A stretch of DNA of 64,000 nt, taken from positions 2,966 through 66,965 of the forward strand of contig JAFGDW010000261.1 of assembly GCA_016931935.1 (NCBI GenBank), read 5' to 3'. Made by a program: the position numbers and the translations under genes. Under the pieces are notes generated by a model. That model was not told where the DNA came from and did not search any database. It was given only the letters and a program-made list of their open reading frames with translations. The DNA is from Candidatus Zhuqueibacterota bacterium. Lineage in GTDB: Bacteria > Zhuqueibacterota > Zhuqueibacteria > Thermofontimicrobiales > Thiofontviventaceae. This document shows positions 60,926-64,000 of this stretch, in pieces (positions within the stretch are counted from its first letter, which is position 1; every line of letters starts with the position of its first letter).

Positions 60926-60997
60926 TCAGCAAAAGCACTGCGCATAGCTTGTTGCAGCAAGCAGCAATACTCCAAAAAACAACAATTGTGTTTTCAT
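60926..60997 (-). CDS. 23-codon sORF encoding a signal-peptide-like peptide (MKTQLLFFGVLLLAATSYAQCFC)
   Basis: My own translation. GGGAGAG lies 4 nt upstream of the ATG at 60997 and there is a TGA stop. It could be a remnant of a lost gene or a leader peptide. Confidence 0.2.
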   Translation of the reverse strand: MKTQLLFFGVLLLAATSYAQCFC

Positions 60998-61316
60998 TCA
61001 GCTCTCCCTGTATTGTTAGCGATTCGTTATTCTGGCTTTACACCAATGTACAATCATTTATCACATAAAACAATACGATTTCAATGAATTACAGTCCGGC
61101 CCATTTCAACACGATACCATTTTTTCTGAAGAAGGTCACGCTGCTTGCCTTAAAAACCAGGATTTTTAACAACATTTGTAATCATCGCATTTTCGCTTTT
61201 AATTTTAGAAACTTATTTCATTTTGCATGAAAATTTCAAAATTCTAACACTTGCTTTTTTAAAATTATATTTATATATTTAATCGTTTATATCACATTTA
61301 GTTATGGGAAGTCTTT

Positions 61317-62567
61317 ATGAATGAAGATTATCACTCGTTTCTTCAACCTATCTTGCAAAGTAAAGATTTTAAAGATTCGCCAGTTTACTCAAATTTACTG
61401 ACCTACCTGACTGAATGCACGCTTTCGAACAACATTCCCAAAGAAATAACGATTGCCATCGACGTTTTTGGCAAAGATTCCAGTTTCAATTCAAATAAAG
61501 ACTCTACGGTTCGCTATCATGTTCACATGTTAAGGAAGAAGCTGGAAAAATACTATAAAGAAGAAGGGAAAAACCACGCAACCCGCCTGATAATTCCCAA
61601 GGGACATTATGAAATAGTACGCGTCACTGGTAAGAAAACAGACCAGAAATCATTTTTCGAAACCCCCTTTGTCAAAAATTGGGAAATCATTGTTATCCTG
61701 TTTTTGCTATTCTCCAATATCTTTCTGATATTTTATCGTTTTAACGCTTCCCGCGTCCAAAAGATAAATCCCCAAATCAAATCTGTCGCTCCCAATGATA
61801 AAATATGGGCGCCATTTTTCAAAAATAATAATCCGGTTACCATTATTTTGGGTGATGATTTTTTAATGGATGAGTACAACGAAGAATTTAAGCGATATCG
61901 CCAGATTCGGGATTGGGATATTGATTCCGAAAGTGATCTTGCTTTGTTTCTATCGAAATATCCGCATGTAAATTTATGGAAATCCGAAATAACAGGCATC
62001 CCGTTCGGTGGCGCCGAAAATCTGATGGATATTCTCCCGATTGTTTATCAGTTCACCAGCGATGTTAACCTGAAAATGTCGTCCGCTGTCTCATTGGAAG
62101 AAATTCGTAATCATAACACTATTTATATTGGCGAGTTTGTTAATTTAGAGCTGTTGACAAAAATAGTATATCGCTTTCCGATTCGTTTTCAATATCGCCC
62201 GGATGAGCGGGTATTTATCATCTCTGATGCTGGAGATACACTTGAAACATATCTGAGAATTGAAGCACCCTACGAACAGAAAAATAAATATAATGTGGAT
62301 TATTCATTTCTGATTAAAACGCCGGGATTCGCCGGTGAGAATTTAATGTTTATTGTCGGATTTGGATACGGTGGTCGCATGGAACGAACAAAGATGTTAA
62401 GCAATACTGTCGCCCGGCAAAATCTTGAAGAAGAAATAAAAAAAATAAATGGGTCGGTTCCCGAGTATTTCATTCTTTTGTTCGAGGTGAAAAGTATTGA
62501 ACGAACGGGTTTTACGAATGAGATCAAATATTTCAGGGAAATCCCCGAAGATTTTTTTGAACGATAA
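61317..62567 (+). CDS. ToxR/CadC-like membrane-anchored winged-helix regulator with an extracytoplasmic domain
   Basis: The N-terminus (ITIAIDVFGKDSSFNSNKDSTVRYHVHMLRKKLEKYYKEEG...RLIIPKGHYEI) resembles an OmpR/CadC-type wHTH. One TM segment (WEIIVILFLLFSNIFLIFY), then a ~270-aa C-domain. It is the only plus-strand gene inside the glycan locus. Confidence 0.5.
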   Translation: MNEDYHSFLQPILQSKDFKDSPVYSNLLTYLTECTLSNNIPKEITIAIDVFGKDSSFNSNKDSTVRYHVHMLRKKLEKYYKEEGKNHATRLIIPKGHYEIVRVTGKKTDQKSFFETPFVKNWEIIVILFLLFSNIFLIFYRFNASRVQKINPQIKSVAPNDKIWAPFFKNNNPVTIILGDDFLMDEYNEEFKRYRQIRDWDIDSESDLALFLSKYPHVNLWKSEITGIPFGGAENLMDILPIVYQFTSDVNLKMSSAVSLEEIRNHNTIYIGEFVNLELLTKIVYRFPIRFQYRPDERVFIISDAGDTLETYLRIEAPYEQKNKYNVDYSFLIKTPGFAGENLMFIVGFGYGGRMERTKMLSNTVARQNLEEEIKKINGSVPEYFILLFEVKSIERTGFTNEIKYFREIPEDFFER

Positions 62568-62630
62568 TACAAAATTCCTGCACTATGTTATGTAAGACAA
62601 GTCGTATCCATTCAATGAATCATGATTATT

Positions 62631-62655
62631 GTACCCTTCGACAAGCTCAGGGTAC
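62631..62655. repeat. conserved-loop hairpin repeat, copy 4: GTACCCT-tcgacaagctc-AGGGTAC
   Basis: 7-bp stem with an 11-nt loop related to the loops of copies 1-3. It lies between the convergent regulator and GH3 genes, so it may act as a terminator. Confidence 0.7.
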
Positions 62656-62822
62656 GAGATGCACGGTTGGCTGATCCCGCGTAAAAGACGGAACAACAAA
62701 ACCATCCGATATTGAATGAATATGACAAATCATCCCAACCTGAAGAACTCTTTCCATTCGCTGCTTCCATTATACAATTTCATTTCAATCACTCGATACC
62801 GAAAACAATTCAATATTTATCA

Positions 62823-64000
62823 TCACTCAATGATAATGTCCTTCGAAAATCTTATATCCATCGAAGATGAGCCCAACATTAACTTATACTCTCCTGGCTC
62901 AAGCTTCCAATTGTTCGTAGTTACATCCCAAAATGCCAGATCAGATGCACTCAACCATAACGTCACGGCATTCGTTTCGCCGGGTTGGAGCATTATTTTT
63001 TGAAATGCTTTCAATTCCTTCGCCGGACGCAGAACTGACGACTCCGGCTTGTGGACATAAAGTTGCACAGTTTCGGCTCCGGTGAGATCACCGGTATTTT
63101 GCAGTTGAATTTTTACCTGAATTGTATCACCGATATGATACAACTGCTTATCGGTTTCGCAATTCAAATAGTGAAACGATGTGTACGACAAGCCATAACC
63201 GAAACAATACGCCGGTTCAATCTTTTTTGTCTCGTACCATCGATACCCCACCAGAATGCCTTCCTTATACTCCACACACATGTGTTGACCGGGATAGGTG
63301 TCTAGTGCATGTGCAGGAGAATGTTCCAAATCAACCGGAAGTGTGAATGGCATTTTTCCCGAAGGATTAATATCGCCAAACAAAACATCCGTAATCGCTT
63401 TACCAGCTTCACTGCCGTTCAGCCACCCCCAAATTACAGCCGGAGCGGATCGATTAATCTCGTTTACATCCACCGGTGATCCGGCAATAATGATAACGAC
63501 CGTTTTGGGATTAGCCGCAGCAACAGTCTTAACTAATCGATCCTGTTCATAGGGCAATATTAAATTTTCTCGATCCAATGCTTCGGTATCATAGTCGTGA
63601 TTCAGGCCAACAAACACAAGCGCAACGTCTACTGAGGCAGCTACTTCAGCAGCTTTGTTGATTAGAAATATATCCGGATTATCATTCGTTTCACGCTGAA
63701 TTCCCTGCCTGAAGTGAATAGCCGATTGCTTCCTATACCCCTGGGTAAATTCTATATGAACAATATCACCCAATTTCTGTTTTAAAGCAGCAAGGGGTGT
63801 AATTTCATACTTTGCCTTCACGCCTGCCCCAAAACCACCGCTGGCATGTTTACGCACAGCATTGTCACCGATGACAGCAATTTTTTGGACATGTTCCGCG
63901 CGTAGTGGTAGCAATCCACCTGTATTTTTTAGTAGAACAATCGATTCGGCTGCTACGTCATAAACGGTTTTACTGTGACCGGGGGTATTGCGTGCGCCGT
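62823..64000 (-). CDS. GH3 beta-glycosidase, C-terminal two-thirds; the N-terminus lies beyond the window
   Basis: The frame stays open upstream of the track start at 63914, reading ...AESIVLLKNTGGLLPLRAEHVQKIAVIGDNA up to the window edge. GH3 alpha/beta-sandwich and FnIII-like C-terminal motifs are present (ETVQLYVHKPESSVLRPAKELKAFQKI). Confidence 0.85.
   Translation of the reverse strand, partial: GARNTPGHSKTVYDVAAESIVLLKNTGGLLPLRAEHVQKIAVIGDNAVRKHASGGFGAGVKAKYEITPLAALKQKLGDIVHIEFTQGYRKQSAIHFRQGIQRETNDNPDIFLINKAAEVAASVDVALVFVGLNHDYDTEALDRENLILPYEQDRLVKTVAAANPKTVVIIIAGSPVDVNEINRSAPAVIWGWLNGSEAGKAITDVLFGDINPSGKMPFTLPVDLEHSPAHALDTYPGQHMCVEYKEGILVGYRWYETKKIEPAYCFGYGLSYTSFHYLNCETDKQLYHIGDTIQVKIQLQNTGDLTGAETVQLYVHKPESSVLRPAKELKAFQKIMLQPGETNAVTLWLSASDLAFWDVTTNNWKLEPGEYKLMLGSSSMDIRFSKDIIIE

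Noticed and set aside
1-64000. tRNA, rRNA, tmRNA, RNase P, SRP RNA, transposase, integrase or prophage genes
   Set aside because: I scanned the non-coding gaps by eye for T-loop (GGTTCGAATCC-like) and other conserved cores and found none. No ORF shows DDE, tyrosine-recombinase or serine-recombinase motifs. An Infernal or tRNAscan run would be needed for certainty.

Overview
This 64-kb window looks like an uncultivated FCB-superphylum-type bacterium that is not a classical Bacteroidetes (inference). The basis is T9SS C-terminal sorting domains, a SusC-like TonB-dependent receptor with no recognisable SusD, and one PEP-CTERM protein. I found no rRNA, tRNA, CRISPR array, transposase or integrase.

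Layout:
- 1-9.4 kb: minus-strand genes for a DUF4954-like beta-helix protein (runs off the window, so it is missing from the ORF track), a membrane protein and three secreted proteins or lipoproteins of unclear function.
- 10-17.3 kb: housekeeping genes. These are a half-size TSUP permease, GH57, a TrmH-like methyltransferase, a DUF4392-like protein, hisI-hisG and a PEP-CTERM DUF642 protein.
- 17.3-21.2 kb: a visibly AT-richer island of three plus-strand orphan genes (4-TM protein, SAM methyltransferase, Cys-rich protein) with long non-coding flanks.
- 21.2-28.7 kb: a giant FG-GAP/VCBS T9SS-sorted protein of about 1870 aa with 930-nt internal repeats, flanked on both sides by PEGA-domain membrane proteins.
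- 29.6-64 kb: a co-directional minus-strand locus that looks like a beta-galactan utilisation locus. It encodes GH3, GH2, a decayed GH97, a parvulin PPIase, a TonB-dependent receptor, a 1172-aa CTD protein, a PorV-like barrel, a non-catalytic CBM-like CTD protein, three GH53 genes, an unknown gene split by an in-frame TAA, a Zn-ribbon protein, a GH112 phosphorylase, GH42, a GPH/MFS symporter and GalT. A divergent ToxR-like regulator sits within it.

The intergenic spacers of this locus hold at least four families of short structured repeats.

All family calls come from motif recognition by eye. No database search was possible.
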